From assembly GCF_028641065.1 (NCBI RefSeq), contig NC_073415.1:9796001-9860000 (forward strand): a stretch of 64,000 nt of DNA, given 5' to 3'. The DNA comes from Leucoraja erinacea (lineage: Eukaryota). A program made the translations under genes and the position numbers. Below the pieces are notes generated by a model. That model was given only the letters and a program-made list of their open reading frames with translations. It was not told the DNA's origin and did no database searches. Below are positions 40,107 to 54,500 of this stretch, piece after piece (within the stretch, counting starts at the first letter, position 1; each line of letters opens with the position of its first letter).

Positions 40107-42546
40107 TTTTGCCTCAAGTACTGTGTGTTTTACTTGGCAGTGCTTTTTTTTTTGCTGACTGTAAATAATAGTTAATGTGGAATTTTCTGTAATACTTTGG
40201 ATGGTTTCAGGGTGTTATTAAAAGTTTAGAATTCTTCCATTCACTTTGTGTGCTCTTTCATTTTAATAGGTTATCATTGCCCTTCCAAAATGGGAATGGT
40301 TGGTTGCTATTCAGATTCTATCTTCTTGGGGTGAGGATGACTTGGTTCCATTTTTGTTTTAAGGTATGAAAGATGTCTGTTAATCTTGATGTCGGGTGGT
40401 CATTGCCTACTAGCTGCCACAGATCTTGACAGAGTGAGGTCTTGGTCCAACGTGATGGACATCCAAATGTGGAACATTTCGTGGATACATAAATGCACAA
40501 CTGTTCTTTCTTTTCCTTGCCCCCAACTTGCATCCTGATCAGCTCTTTTTGGTCCATTCTGCTTCCCTCTCTATCACTCTTATCCCTCCTTTCTTAGTCC
40601 TCCTATCTCTCGGCTCCTTCTTCCTTTCTTTCCTCCTCCATTTTCCTTGTTCACTCTTGTCCGTTCGGGTGACATACCTGTATGACGTGTGTATGCAAAG
40701 TGGGATTGCAAGACGTATGTTAGTCGGGAGCCTTTGTGTAACACTTTGGATGCTGTGCACAATTCAGCCTTTTGTGGAGCGGTCCCGAAGTGTTTTGTAA
40801 AATAAATTATACCAGGTTGCTCCAATGTCAAATTTAAAATGTACACTCAGAATTTATTAACCAACACTGAGTGATGTGGTATGCTATGGATTTATTAAAT
40901 AGTGTATGCTTTGGATTCATTACGCTTGATGCACTCTAGTGTAGAACAACAACAGACATTTCACATTCAGTTTACTGCAGTAAAAGGACTTTTAATTAGT
41001 CACAGGAGATTAACAGTTCAATCACTGCTGTCAAACTATCACATGCCTGAACATCAAACAAAGAATTGATAGCACCTGAAGGTTTCCAGATATGATTGGT
41101 TAAACACTGGTGTAGTTTTGTTTACCACTCTTTCATTACCCATTGACTTATTCTGCAGTGGCAGCCAGGTGGACATTAAACTGGGGAATTGATACCAAAA
41201 CTTGTGCCCAGTGTTAGGTCTGTGCAGGGAGGCAGGGCACAGCTGAAGCTCAGCCTGAGAGACTTGGTTATAGATTGTTTTAAGCTAATAGGAGTATTTT
41301 ATGAAATATGTGCTCCTTGGCTGAATCTGATTTCAGGCCTTGGTCTGCTACATTTTTGCATCTTCACAATGAACAAAGTAAGAAAATAGTTGCCCATGTT
41401 ACAGTTGACGCTGTCACAGTTTTATTGAATATAAATATTAACCTCTGTTCACCTGTGTAAGGTTGATCACATGTCCTTTGGTTGGATGTGCTTCTGTACA
41501 AAGAGTAAGCCGGCTAAAGTTCCAATAAAGCCTGATCTCAGCCTTTGCTGTTCTTGCAAAGTTCAACTCTGATGTTTGTCTAAATCTGGGGGGGAGGGTT
41601 CGAGATTGAAAAGGCAAGTGTTTTGGAGCAGATTAAATTCTGGATCTCCAACTGTTAGTTATGCTGGATATAGATAGTTGATGCATTGCTTTAAAAAAAT
41701 AAAAAAAAAAGCTTCTCTAAATCAAGAAACTAATCTAGGCGCTTCTAAAGTCCATATATCGTTTCCTGCTTTTTCTGTGGTTACTGGATTAGTGCTGAGT
41801 TGGTTAAGATGGTTTAACCCTTAGTGATGGTTTTCTCAGTGCTTGTTTAGCAGCATAAACATTATACTATGATGGAAACTCAACGTTATCAAAGTTGGCT
41901 TAATGAAACAGCCCACATTCCCAGTGACACCGGGCTCCATCTTTTACAAGAGTTGTAATTGTATATTTAAATCCACCAGTATCCATACTGTTAATCATAC
42001 AACATGGCAATGTTAGAATAACCGATGGTTCAGGTGGAGAGGGTGGGAATGAATGTTGAATCGCTAAATTACCCTCTGGTATATATTGGAATTGGAAATC
42101 CAGTCCTGTACAAAATATATCAGTCTGATAATAACACTCAAACTCATTCTGAGTATGTGATTGAAGATTTGGGATTGTTCTACAACACCTGATATGTTTA
42201 AGCTCTTTAAACCAGATCTAACCCAATCATTGCATAGCCTTTTGCCAATGATTGCATTTTCTTGCTTTCTCCCATAATTTCATGTTCATTGGCCGGCCCG
42301 TCACTGGCTCGGGTGGATAGCAAAATGGGGTGTCTGCCTATTCATTTTTGGTATTGGTGCTGGCCATGGGTTTCTGCAGCAGTGTGCATTGGCAGGGAAG
42401 TGTTCTGTGTAGCAGTGGCCAGGGTTAACACATGGGTATAGATGGGGGGAGGCTTTCACTGAGCATAGAGCATTGTAGTGAAGGGATACATAAGGCTGCA
42501 ATGCACATTTGCACAAGTCAGTCCATTAAGCAGTATCGCTGCGTTC

Positions 42547-45500
42547 TTACTCAAAGTCCTGATAGATTTGCCTTGGGCGATTGCCATCCGTGGACTGGAT
42601 TTGTTTGTAGTCTGGGTATTCGCACTCGCTGTATTCTGAGTCGCTGGCCAACTGGATGCCGTCTTCGTTGGGGAAGTTGGAAGGGGAGCAGTACTTTGCG
42701 TCAAATACCTGCCGGCTTAGCCCATACACAGTCATTCCTTTCTGTGAGGCCCCCTGATTTGTTCCCATCTGTAGTGACACGATACTGGAGTCGAATTTTT
42801 CAGTGCCCATCTTGCTGTCAACAATGTGTCTCCGTGTCCCCGGTGCTGTCATTCCAGCCTAAAAACAACAATCAAATAGGTTGGAAAATGATCAGTGTAA
42901 ACTGTACTATTTCTCACCCAATCTTCCACATCCATTGAGTTACCATTGTGACCTTGTTCATAACCTGCAACATCTATATAGTTCTTCCAACCTCCTCCAT
43001 CCCCTGCCATATTCTCCACTCCCATTCAACCATACCAATATCCTCCACTATCATCTTTTCCATTAGTGTCTATTGGAATTATAGGAACAGCACACTGCAG
43101 TAACAGGATTATTCCACAGTTAACAATTCTATTGAAGAATTGGAGGATGATGAGATTCCATTGTCACACAAGTGTGGCGCAGCTGGTAGAACTGCCTCAC
43201 AGCAACAGAGACCCGGGTTTGATCCCAACCTCTGTTGCTATCAGTGTGGCTTTTGCACATCCTCCCTGCTTCCTTCAGGTGCTCCCACATCCCGATTATA
43301 TGCATGTTTGTAGGTTAATTGGCCTCTGAAAATTGCCCTTGTGTGTCGGGAATAGACTAGAAAGTGGGAATTAGTGTGAAGGGGTGATGGATGGTTGGTG
43401 TGGACTTTGTAGGGCCTGTATCCATGCTGTATCTGAAATGTTCACTTGAATACGTCTTTCTGATCTCATTCCTGTGCATGCTCTTCCCCGTACCTGTGAT
43501 GCTCCTTTGTTGGTTCCCATTTGGAGGCTAATGGTTGTCTGGTCAAGAGGCTTCTCCACTCCGGTTTTAGAATCATACAGATGCCGTCTGGTACCGTAGG
43601 CTGTCATACCCTGCTGGCTGGCAAATTTATTTGTCCCCATCTGAAGGAAAAAGAACAAATGAAAAATAGGATACATAGATGGAATGAAAACTTGCCATGT
43701 TGGTGAATACAACGTCTTGCAAAGAACCCAACTGATGGAGTGAAGTTTGTACACTAATTGGTTAGTCCCTCCCTTTGAGAGCAGAACATAAACGATATAC
43801 GTGCAGGAGTAGGCCATTCAGCCCTTCGAGCCAGCACCGCCATTCAATATGATCATTGCTGATCATCTAAAATCCTGCTTTTTCCCCATATCCCTTGATT
43901 TGGGGAAATCAAGGAACAATATTTGCCTCTTGTTTAACGCTAATAGAATGATCTCAATTAAATCAAAACTTTGCATTGGGTATCTCCACCCTCCTATTAT
44001 CCTTGCCTGCTGTTACCCTCTCTCCCACCCATGTGTTCTCAGGAGATTGCTCGCATGGATCTGCCAATGGAATAGCCATCACTAATTTTCTCCACGTCAC
44101 CCTCCACAGTAGCTGTTCTTACGAACAAGGCCTGCTTTATGGATAATTGAAACAGTCAACTAATGATGCCTTCCTCTGCCTGGTTATAGCTTCCCACCAC
44201 CTGGCTCACTCCCGATGGCAAGGTCTGCCCATACCTGAAGTCCAATGATGTTCTTTCCTGCTTTCAGTGTCTCATTATTAAAAACGCGATGCTGCTTCTC
44301 TGCATATCTGATACCAATATCCGTTTTGGTGTGGTACCCTTTCGTCTTTGCCTGTGTGAAATAAGAGATTACCTTAGCCGCAAGAGAAGAGTGGGTCAGA
44401 GGTTCTATTAAATAGTTGCAGAGCATTTTGATTAAGGTGGTCACTGTAGAGGCACTCACCAAGCTGGCTAGGGCCATGAGTGTGGTCTGAACTTGGGTCA
44501 AGTTGCAATTCTCATACAAGTCGTTGGCCTCAAAACTGTCGTGAAGCTTCACACCATATTTTGTGATTGCTTTGAGGAAGTTTCCGATATTCTCCAACTG
44601 TGGAATAAAAGCAATTGTGATGACCAAGCTGCCAATAGCAACTGGCTGCACATTCTAGCAGTAGTGAATACCCAGTATTAGGAGCTGTTTCTACCAGGAA
44701 TCGCCTGCTGAAACGCAAGTTTAGAAAAGCTATGACTAGAGCTGAGTTTTACAATTTTAATTATTTTTTAACGAAATGAATTAAGTAAGTTTATTGGCCA
44801 AGTATTCACATACAAAGAATTTGCCTTGGTGCTCCGCCCAATAAAAGTCCAAATCTCAACATCAAAATATTTTTTATTGATAAGATTTATACCAATACTA
44901 AATCTTAAGCTTGCAGAATTAGTTTTGCTTTCAGATTGATGCAAGTGGACTACTGGTCAATCCATTTCTTTCAAAACAAAGAGCTGGAGGAACTCAGCGG
45001 GTCAGGCAGCATCTGCGGAAGGAGTGGATAGGCAATGTTTTTAGTTGGGACATTTCTTCCAACTAAATTCACTGAATTTGTTTATTGGCTGTCCTGGTTA
45101 GTGGTGTGATAGTGGCAAAGACAATCAGAAGAGTATAAAGGCAGGTGAAAAAAGTAGGAAAACAAAACTTCCTGCAATTAAAACCACAGGAAATTAAGAT
45201 TTCTGTTGAAGACTTTCACCAGAAATATTGTAAAGATTTTAACACAATGGGTGCAACGAGCAAACATCTAGTTATACTCGATAAATGGAAACCATCTTGA
45301 ACCCAACCTCCCTTTTCTAGCCCCCCCCCCCCACAACATCAGTCTGAAGAAGGGTCTCGACCCGAAACGCCACTTATTCCTTTGCTCCATAGATGCTGCC
45401 GCACCCGCTGAATTTCTCCAGCTCTGGCAGATTGTAAAGACTGCATTTAGAATATTGTGTTCAGTTCTGGGCACCATGTTATAGGAAAGATATTGTCAAG

Positions 45501-48500
45501 CTTGAAAGGGTTCAGAAAAGATTTAAGAGGGTGTTGCCAGGACTAGTGAGTGTGAGCTATAGGGAGAGATTGAGTAGGCTGGGTGTAAGCAATTCCATGG
45601 AGCGCAGGAGGATGAGGGGTGATCTTATAGAGGTGTACAAAATCATGAGAGGAATAGATCGGGTAGATGCACAGAGTCTTTTGCCCAGAGTAGGGGAATC
45701 GAGGACCAGAGGACATGGGTTTAAGATGAAGGGGAAAAGATTTAATAGGAATCCGAGGGGTAACTTTTTCCACGCACTGGGTGGTGGGTGTATGGAACAA
45801 GCTGCTGAGGGAGCATTTTTGTCTACCGTCGATTTTCCAACATCTGCAGTTCCTTCTTAAACAACAAGCTGCTGGGGGAGGTAGTTGAGGCTGGGACTAT
45901 TCCATTGTTTAAGAAACAGTTGGACAGGTTTGGAGGGTTATGGACTAAGCACCGGCAGGTGGGACGAGTGTAGCTGGGACATTTGTTGGCCGGTGTGGGC
46001 AAATTGGGCCGAAGGACCGGTTTCCACTCTGTATCTGTGGTAGTGTGTCTGGAGATTGAAAAGTAATGCATCTTATTGCCTTTTAAAAAAAAAAAGGACT
46101 GAAATTGCTAATTTTTTCCAAAAACAAAAGAAAAACATAAAACCTAGAACTCGAGCCCCAGTGTGGGTCTAAAAATAATTGGCCGCAGTCAATTTGGATC
46201 AATGACGCAAACAGAAGGAAAAGCAAGTTATACCATTGGGTAAATGTCAGTAATGATACATCATTACCGGTATAAAAAATGCCAAGAATGGGGTGAGATT
46301 CTTCATATATACCAATAGGGACTTTCTTAGAAATAGATATTTCTGGTTATAAGGTTTGATTATTATCTACATGGACCAATGCTAAGTCATTGTTACTATT
46401 TATGGGGTTGCTATTCATTGGAAATGCTGTGACTCATTGGCCTAGACATGATTTGTATGCAAAACCAAATACTCCGGATGCTAGATATCTAAAATAAAAA
46501 CAGAAGCTGTTTATTTAAATATTTAGCAAAATCTTTCTAGTATTTTCTCATATAATTTACACCAGTCGATTGCTGGTAATGAGGGTTAGTTGCTGATCTA
46601 CTGGGTCTGTAGGGAGTTGTGATTTGTTGTCTTGGGTACATCGTTTGCTTTTATAAACGTAGGGGATAAGAGTGATAGACAGGGAAGCAGAATTAACTAC
46701 ATAGAAAGTAGGTGCTGGACTAGGCCATTCAGTCCCTCGAGCCAGCACCGCCATTCAATAAGATCATGGCTGATCATCCTAAATCAATAACCTGTTCCTG
46801 CTTTTTCCCCATATCTCTTGATTCTGTTAGCCCTAAGAGCTATATCTAACTCTCTCTTGAAAACATCCAGTGAATTGGCCTCCACTGCCTTCTGTGACAG
46901 AGAATTCCACAGATTCACAACTCTCTGGCTGACAGTTTTTCCTCGGGTACACAAAAATGCTGGAGTTCCTTCTTAAACAAAAATGTTTCTCCTCATCTCA
47001 GTCCGAAATGGCCGACCCCCTTCTTGAACTGTGACCCCCTGGTTCTGGATTCCCCCTCTCCTCCCAACATCGGGAAATTTTTCCTGCGTCTAGCCTGTCC
47101 AATCCTTTAAGCAAATCCTTTAAGGGAAGCAAAAGTGCTGGAGAAACTTCACCTGCTGAGTTTCTCCAGCAATTTTGTCTACCTTCGATTTTCCAGCATC
47201 TGCAGTTCCTTCTTAAATCCTTTAAGGGAAGCTGAAGGTTTGGAATGGCTGAGAGTATAGTGGTAATCAAAGATCAGAGAGCGGAGCTATGATCTTTGGT
47301 GGTGTATACAGATTGTGTATTTAGATCACTGTTTACGTGGCTGTGCTGTTTAGACAGATTGAATTTTGATATGGTAGTAAATCACGAGAAGGACATTTGC
47401 ATGCCTTGCATATCGTTCTGTAGTTATAAACAAGTCCCCAATTTCGTCATTGCTCCTACAATCTTTCTCGCCACAAGCTTGCACCTTGTCTCCAACAAGC
47501 TTCCCATTGGCATGTAATTGATCCACAGAACTAATAGGAAACCATTATTTGAGAATAGAGAATCATTACTGAGAAGAACCATCTGTTCAGACACTGAAAT
47601 GCTAAGTTAATTGACAAAGTAGCAGAGCATTAGTTAAATGCTGAACAGTGGGATTATTTACTTCAGTGTGAAGAATAGAAAAACATTGTATTTATAAATA
47701 GAGAAAAACTTTTAAATGTTAGTTTATAAGCTGTAAATATTAAGGCACATAGAGGGGTTAAGAATTTGTGGAATATTGGCCTTGGTTCTAAGAGTTAAGA
47801 AAAGTGAAGAAATCTTGTACAGTCTGAGCAGAGTGTTCTTCTCAGTAATGATTGCCTCTATTCCAACTATTCTCAACTAATGGCTTCCTTTAAGTTATGT
47901 GGATCAATTCCACACCAATGGGAAGGTTTGGGGTACAGCACCTTGAGTATTGTGTGCAGTTTTGGTCTGCAGGTAGGATATATTTATCCTGGAAGCTGTG
48001 CAGCTTCATTAGATCAATGCTTGGGTATGTCGTATGCAGAGAGTTTGGGTAAGATTGGCCTGCACTCACTGCAGGTTTAGTTTAGCGATACAGAGCGGAA
48101 ACAGGTCCTTCGGCCCACCGAGTCAGCGCGGAACAGTGATCCCCGCACATTAACACTATCCTACATACTCTTAAGGATAATTTATATTTATACCAAGCCA
48201 ATTAACATACAAACCTGTACGTCTGTTCTATTCTGTTCTGTAGTTTTTTGCACAATCCGCAGGCATTATATGTAACAAATAAACCTGACTTGACTTGACT
48301 TGGTCTTTGGAGTGTGGGAGGAAACCGAAGATCTCTGATGAAGCCCTTGCAGGTCACGGGGAGAACGTACAGACAGCACCCGTAGTTGGGATGGAACTTG
48401 GGTCTCTGGTGCTGTAGGTGCTGTAAGGCAGTAACTCTACCGCTGCACCACTGTGTCCCCCAATGATGAAAACAAAAATTATCTTTGATTCTGAAAGGAA

Positions 48501-51500
48501 CCGTCAAGGTCGAGCTGGGAGATTTTTTCCTTTAGTTTAAGTGTAGGACATAAAATCAGGACAAGCAGTTGGTTGTTTAGAATAGAGGAGATATTGTGTT
48601 GTTTCGAATTATTTTAATGGTACTTTGTTGTCACCTGTACCTAGGTACAGTGAAATGCTTTGTTTTACATATCATGAGGTAAATCGGTATATGGCAGACC
48701 TCATCTAGGCAGTGCACAAGTGTCACCACGTTTTGGCGCGAAAAAGTTAGAAATGTTGACCAAACAGTCCTATCTCCAGGTGGGATGTGGGAGTGCTAAC
48801 GTTCTTAAAGTACGACACATAGTCTGACAGATCTTTGCTTTCTGATTCCACGCTGGTTGTTTGTGTTGCTCCGTAGATACTGTTTTTTCCTTGGGACGAT
48901 TTCTATGCATTGCCTAGTTTTGAAATTGGGTCTGTAAGCCCGCAAGCGAGTCTAGAATAGATATGTTCTCCTCTCCATAAAGAAGTAACTGATATCTATT
49001 TTGCTGGCCTGCTCTTGGCAATGTTACTGAGATAGCTTCTCTTCTCGAGCATTAGACTTGTTAACTAATCTCAAGCTGCTCTTAAATTATTGCTCACAAT
49101 CAGTAGTAATATCCAATAATATGTCTGCATTACCGACATATAGTAACTGCAGTTTCCACCCACTACTGTCAATCTGCATTTTAAGCTGTAGAAAAGCATT
49201 GCCTTTTTTGGGTGTATAGCTCTGAGCTTTTGTATATCTTATCTTCAGACTCTTGTTGAGGTTTTGTGCTGAGCATAAGATGGAGTGTGACTGTTACATT
49301 CAGGGACATCCTCCTAAGCAGAATGCCCGCCAGATGCTGTGTGGGAGTATGCCTGGTTTCCATCACCCACCACTATGTTCTCATGTAGACAGATGGATCT
49401 GGAAATATGTTCACTACATGACACGTTATTGTCAAGGAAGAAAAGGCCTCATCTTTCTTGAACCAAGGTTAAATGGCAAGATAGACAAAATTGAAAAGTC
49501 CAAGCATGCAACATGCATGAAGGGTCTCGACCCAAAACATCACTTTTTCCTTTTCTCCAGAGATGCTGCCTGACCCGCTAGGTCACTCCAGCATTTGGTG
49601 TAAATCAGTTTCTGCAGTTCCTTCTTACACATGTAAAATGCAAGTTGTAGGAAAGAACTGCAGATGCTGGTTTACACCGAAGATAAACGCAAAATGCTGG
49701 AGTAACTCAGTTGGATAGGCAGCATCTCTGGATAGAATGAATGGGTGACATTTCGGTTTGAGACCCTTCTTCAGACTAGAGATGCTGTCTGTCCCACTGA
49801 GTTACTCCTGCATTTTGTGTCTATCTTCACGTTACAGAAGATGAGGGTTGGTTGTGTAGGCTGGGACTCTATTACTTGGAGCGCAGGAAGATCGGGTGAC
49901 CTTACAGAGGTGTTTAAAAGCACGAGAGGCTTTTGTGGCTAAGGGGATCAGGGGGTATGGAGAGAAGGCAGGTACGGGATACTGAGTTGAATGATCAGCC
50001 ATGATCATATTGAATAGCGGTACAGGCTCGAAGGGCCGAATGGCCTACTCCTGCACCTATTTTCTATGTTTCTATGAGAGGAATAGATCAGGTAGACGTA
50101 CATAATCTCTTGCCCAGAGTAGGTGAATCGAGGACCAGGCTTAAGGTGAGGGGGGGAAAAATAATTAATAGGAATCTGAGGGGTAACTTTTTCGTACAAA
50201 GGGTGGGTGTATGGAACGAGTTGCCGGAGGATGTCGTTGAGGCAGGTACTATTGCAACATTTAATAAATATTCAGACAGGTCCATGGATAGGCCAAGTTT
50301 AGAGGGATGTGGGGCAAAGTAGGCAGGTGGGACTAGTGTAGCTGGGACATGGGCAAGATTGGCCAAAGGGCCTGTTTCAACGCTGTATGCATCTATAACA
50401 GTAAAGCAACAGAACAAAAGGCAGCATTTAGATAGCCTTCAGCGTCCAAGGGGCATTTTCAATGACATTTTGAAACCAGGCCACAAAAAATGAGTTTAAG
50501 ACCATAGATAGGTCTCGGAGGTGAGTTTGAAGGTCTGTGTTAAGAAGAAAGAACAGCAAGGCAGAGAGATACAGGGAGGGATTTCCAGAACGTCAGGATG
50601 TTGGAGGCTGAACATATGGCCACCAGCTGGGAAGTGATTAAATCAGGATCTGCTGGAATGGAAAAGTAGCAGGGAATGTTGGAGCAATATTAACCAATAG
50701 GAAGGATTAAAGGCTTGTTGGGGCTTCACACATGGCCTGTAGGAGTGGGAACAGATGGGGCAGAAAGAGACCAAATCACACCAGTCCACGCAGAGTGTAA
50801 AACCCCAGAATGTTTGCCCACTTGTCTCCATCCATGCTGATCCCACACACACCCTTTCAATTTGTTATCCCTACCTGATGCCAGTTCTGTGGGGAGTCAC
50901 TAATCTTCTTCACGGAGCCAGGTTGTAGTTTATTTATTAGGCTTAAAGAGAAGGAAATGCAAGATGAGAACTTTAAATATGAATACAATAATTCCCTGAT
51001 TTATGAATGCTTAATTTTTTGCAATAACATTATTGACTGTTGAATATGTACCTTCAGTGTAAGAAGCAACTTTTCACTGTAATGAATAATGTGCCATTAT
51101 TTGCGCATAACAATATGTTATACCAATAAAACCCACAGTATATTTTACCCAGTCTTTTAGTTTACAAAATTTTCACTTAATTAAATATATTTCAGAATAC
51201 ATCCCTTTTGTACATCAAAGAATTATGCCCCTGTCCTACTTGGGAAACCTGAACGGAAACCTCTGGAGACTTTGCGCCCCACCCAAGGTTTCCGTGCGGT
51301 TCCCGGAGGTTGCAGGTAGTGGAAGCAGGTAGGGAGACTGACACAAACCTCTGGGAACCGCACGGAAACCCTGGGTGAGGCGCAAAATCTCCAGAGGTTT
51401 CCGTTCAGGTTTCCTAAGTTGGACAGGGGCATTACTGTGTAACAAAGGGCAATAGTGATTAAGCTTTTGTGAGATAATGTTACCTCAAAGTCACTGTGTG

Positions 51501-54500
51501 GCTGGCTTCTCACTGAAGGAGAGTATCACTAGCACAAGTGATACAGACTGCCGACTAATTGGGATAAGCAGTTGGTTAGACACACATTGATGGCAGATCA
51601 GGGCTGCGATGCCTGGTTGAATATGTCTGGGTAGAGAGACACTTTATGGACGGGTGAAATGGGTGGAGGTACATGGGTTACATGACGAGGAAGAACAATG
51701 CTGGGTAGGGCTTTGCAGGGTAGGAAGACCATAACAGTGTTTGCACGTGAAGGTGGACATTGGAGGCTGGTGGTACAGTGTAGGTTCAGTAGAACTGGTG
51801 TAGTTGGTAATTCATCACACACTATGAGGCTGTCCAAAGGCTAGTGGGACCGTTAATCCGCCTCGAGGCTCATTGGGAGCTGGAGCCGTCGGATGCGAGG
51901 AGTTGGCCGTTAGGAGGGTGAACCAGGGTAATGCCTTCAATGTCGGCTGCAGACACAAAGATGGCTGGATGAGGATAGGAGAGGGACGTCCGTTCTCGGG
52001 AACTGCTCTTGTACTCTGAGTCGGCGGGCCGACCCGGACTTTGCATAATGGCGCCAAAAATTGCATATGTATAATATAATGTAAAAAATATATGCAAAAG
52101 GAATTTCACTGTGCAGTTACATATGTGACAAATATAGCTCCATTGACCATTGCCTCAAGACCCATCTCTTCACCGCTGCCTATCCTTAGCCCCACGTGCC
52201 GTCCCGTTTCATCTGTGCATTAATTGCCTCATACTGTGTTTTGTATTGAATTCTGTATTTACTTTGTGTACTAGTCATGTCTCTACTATTTATTTCATTC
52301 CCCTTACATGTTTTTCCTCTACCTGCTAAATTTTTGTAAGGTGTCCTTGAGACTCTTGAAAGGCGCCCATAAATAAAATTTATTATTATTATTATTATTA
52401 TTGTGTACTGGTTGTGAGTACATTCTCCTCTTGAACACTCGGTTCCTGGAATAGTGTTTAGATTTGCTTACTTGCACAGTACAATTCCATTCTTCAGCCC
52501 CTCCATTAAGCTTTCAGGAAGAGAGACTCCAATGACATCTTCAATCCATCTCCGAATATCCTCATCTTTTTGTGGGTCGTACTTCTGGGCAATCTGTAGG
52601 CCACGGGGAAAACAAAGTGAATTCTCTTTCTTTTAAAATCTTTTTATTGTTTTCTTTAAAAAAAAAAACAAAAATAAAACATAAAAAACAGAGCAAAAAG
52701 AATAATGATAAACATAACAATGGCATTGATACATAGGGATCAGGATTACATTAGGCTGAAGAAGGGTTTCGGCCCGAAACGTTGCCTATTTCCTTCGCTC
52801 CATAGATGCTGCCTCACCCGCTGAGTTCCTCCAGCATTTTTGTGTACCTTTAATTGAAACCTTTTAGCTTTCAGCATTTAGCTTTAAGTCTCATTTAAAC
52901 AGATCACTTTTTAACTGGTCCAATCATGGGGTAAGCTCATATAAATATTGGGGTCAATATATGTAAAAGAGGTTTGTTTGCTGGCAGCCAAAGGACAGTC
53001 ATAAGGAGAGAGGAGAAAGATTTAATAGGAACCTGAGAGGCAACTTTGTCACACAGAAAGTGGTGGTTATATGGAAGAGGCTTTCAAAGTTGGTGGTTGA
53101 GGCGGGTATGATAACAGTGTGTAAAAGACATTTGGACAGGTACATGGATAGGGAAGGTTTAGAGGGATATGGGTCAAACATTAGTAGGTGGGACTAGTGT
53201 AGATGGGGCATCGTGGTTAGCATAGGCAAGTTGGGCTGAAGGGCCTGTTTCCGTACTGTATGCCGATAACTTTATATCTCTGTTGCCTGCAACGTATAGC
53301 TCTGCGATTTTCCCCTTTCATGTGATCAACCTGTGCCTCGCCCAGGAGCCTGGTGCTCCAAATACACACCCACCCTTTGTGTCTAAGCAGGTAGTTTTGT
53401 TGCAGCTTGTGCCTCCATATTATGAATTGGTTATAGTATAAAGTAATTGGGGAACACTGTTGTATTGTGTAGGTTAAATTGGTTATAACGTAATCTCGAT
53501 TGTGAACCACAGTGAGGGCTGGCACTTGGACTGCTGTTTCACAATGCCAGAGACCCAAATACAATCCTGACCTCGGGTGCTGCCTATGTGGAGTTTGCAC
53601 ATTCTCTCTTTGACAGTGTGGTTTTCCTCCAGGTGCTCTCCACCCAATGCTGGAGTAACTCAGCGGGACAGGCAGCAGCATCTCTGGGGAGAAGGAATGG
53701 GTGACATTTCAGGCCGAGGCACCTTCTTCAGTCCCTTCTTTCCTCCAGATACTCAAGTTTCCTCACACATGTGGGTTTGTAGATTAATTGCCCTCTAGAA
53801 TGCTCCTGGTGTGTAGAGAGTGGATATGAATGTGGCATAACATAACCTAGTGTGGATAGGGAACAATATTCAGCCTTGACATGGTGGAACGAAGGACCTG
53901 TTTCCACACTCTGTCTCTGTCATATGAATCTTGCTAGTGGGTCCTGATTGTTCACTAGAAAGGGAAGTGAGGTGTGGCCTTTGGTGCCAGAAAGCCTGGG
54001 CCCAGGGGAGCAAGGAGGCCCAGGATTAGCGCCCCGAACTAGACCCCAGTTCAGTTCCAGGCCTACGGGCTTCCCAGTGGGATGGGAGATTGCAACCTTC
54101 ACCTAGTCCACCCTGTTTCGATGAATGCAATCAACCTGGCGTGCACAATCAAATAAGATCAAATAGAACAGGTTGTCCTACAACTTTAGGCTGTGCACGC
54201 CATACGCAAGAAGAAGAAGAAGAGCTTCCCAGCAATCAACTCGTTACCTGTACCTGGCCCCAAGCCATATTTAACAGTGAAGCTGAGCTTGGAATTCCTT
54301 TTACTCCATTTATAGAATCTCAAAGGATATGGGGAGAGGGCAAGAGAATGGGGTTGAATGGCAAACTATAGATCAGCCATGATTGAATGGTGGAGTAGAC
54401 TCCAAGGGCTGAATGGCCTAATTCTGCTCCTATGACATGAACATTGCTGAGATTGTATATTGAGATAGAAATAGGCAATGTCAGATTGCACCCCTTTGTG

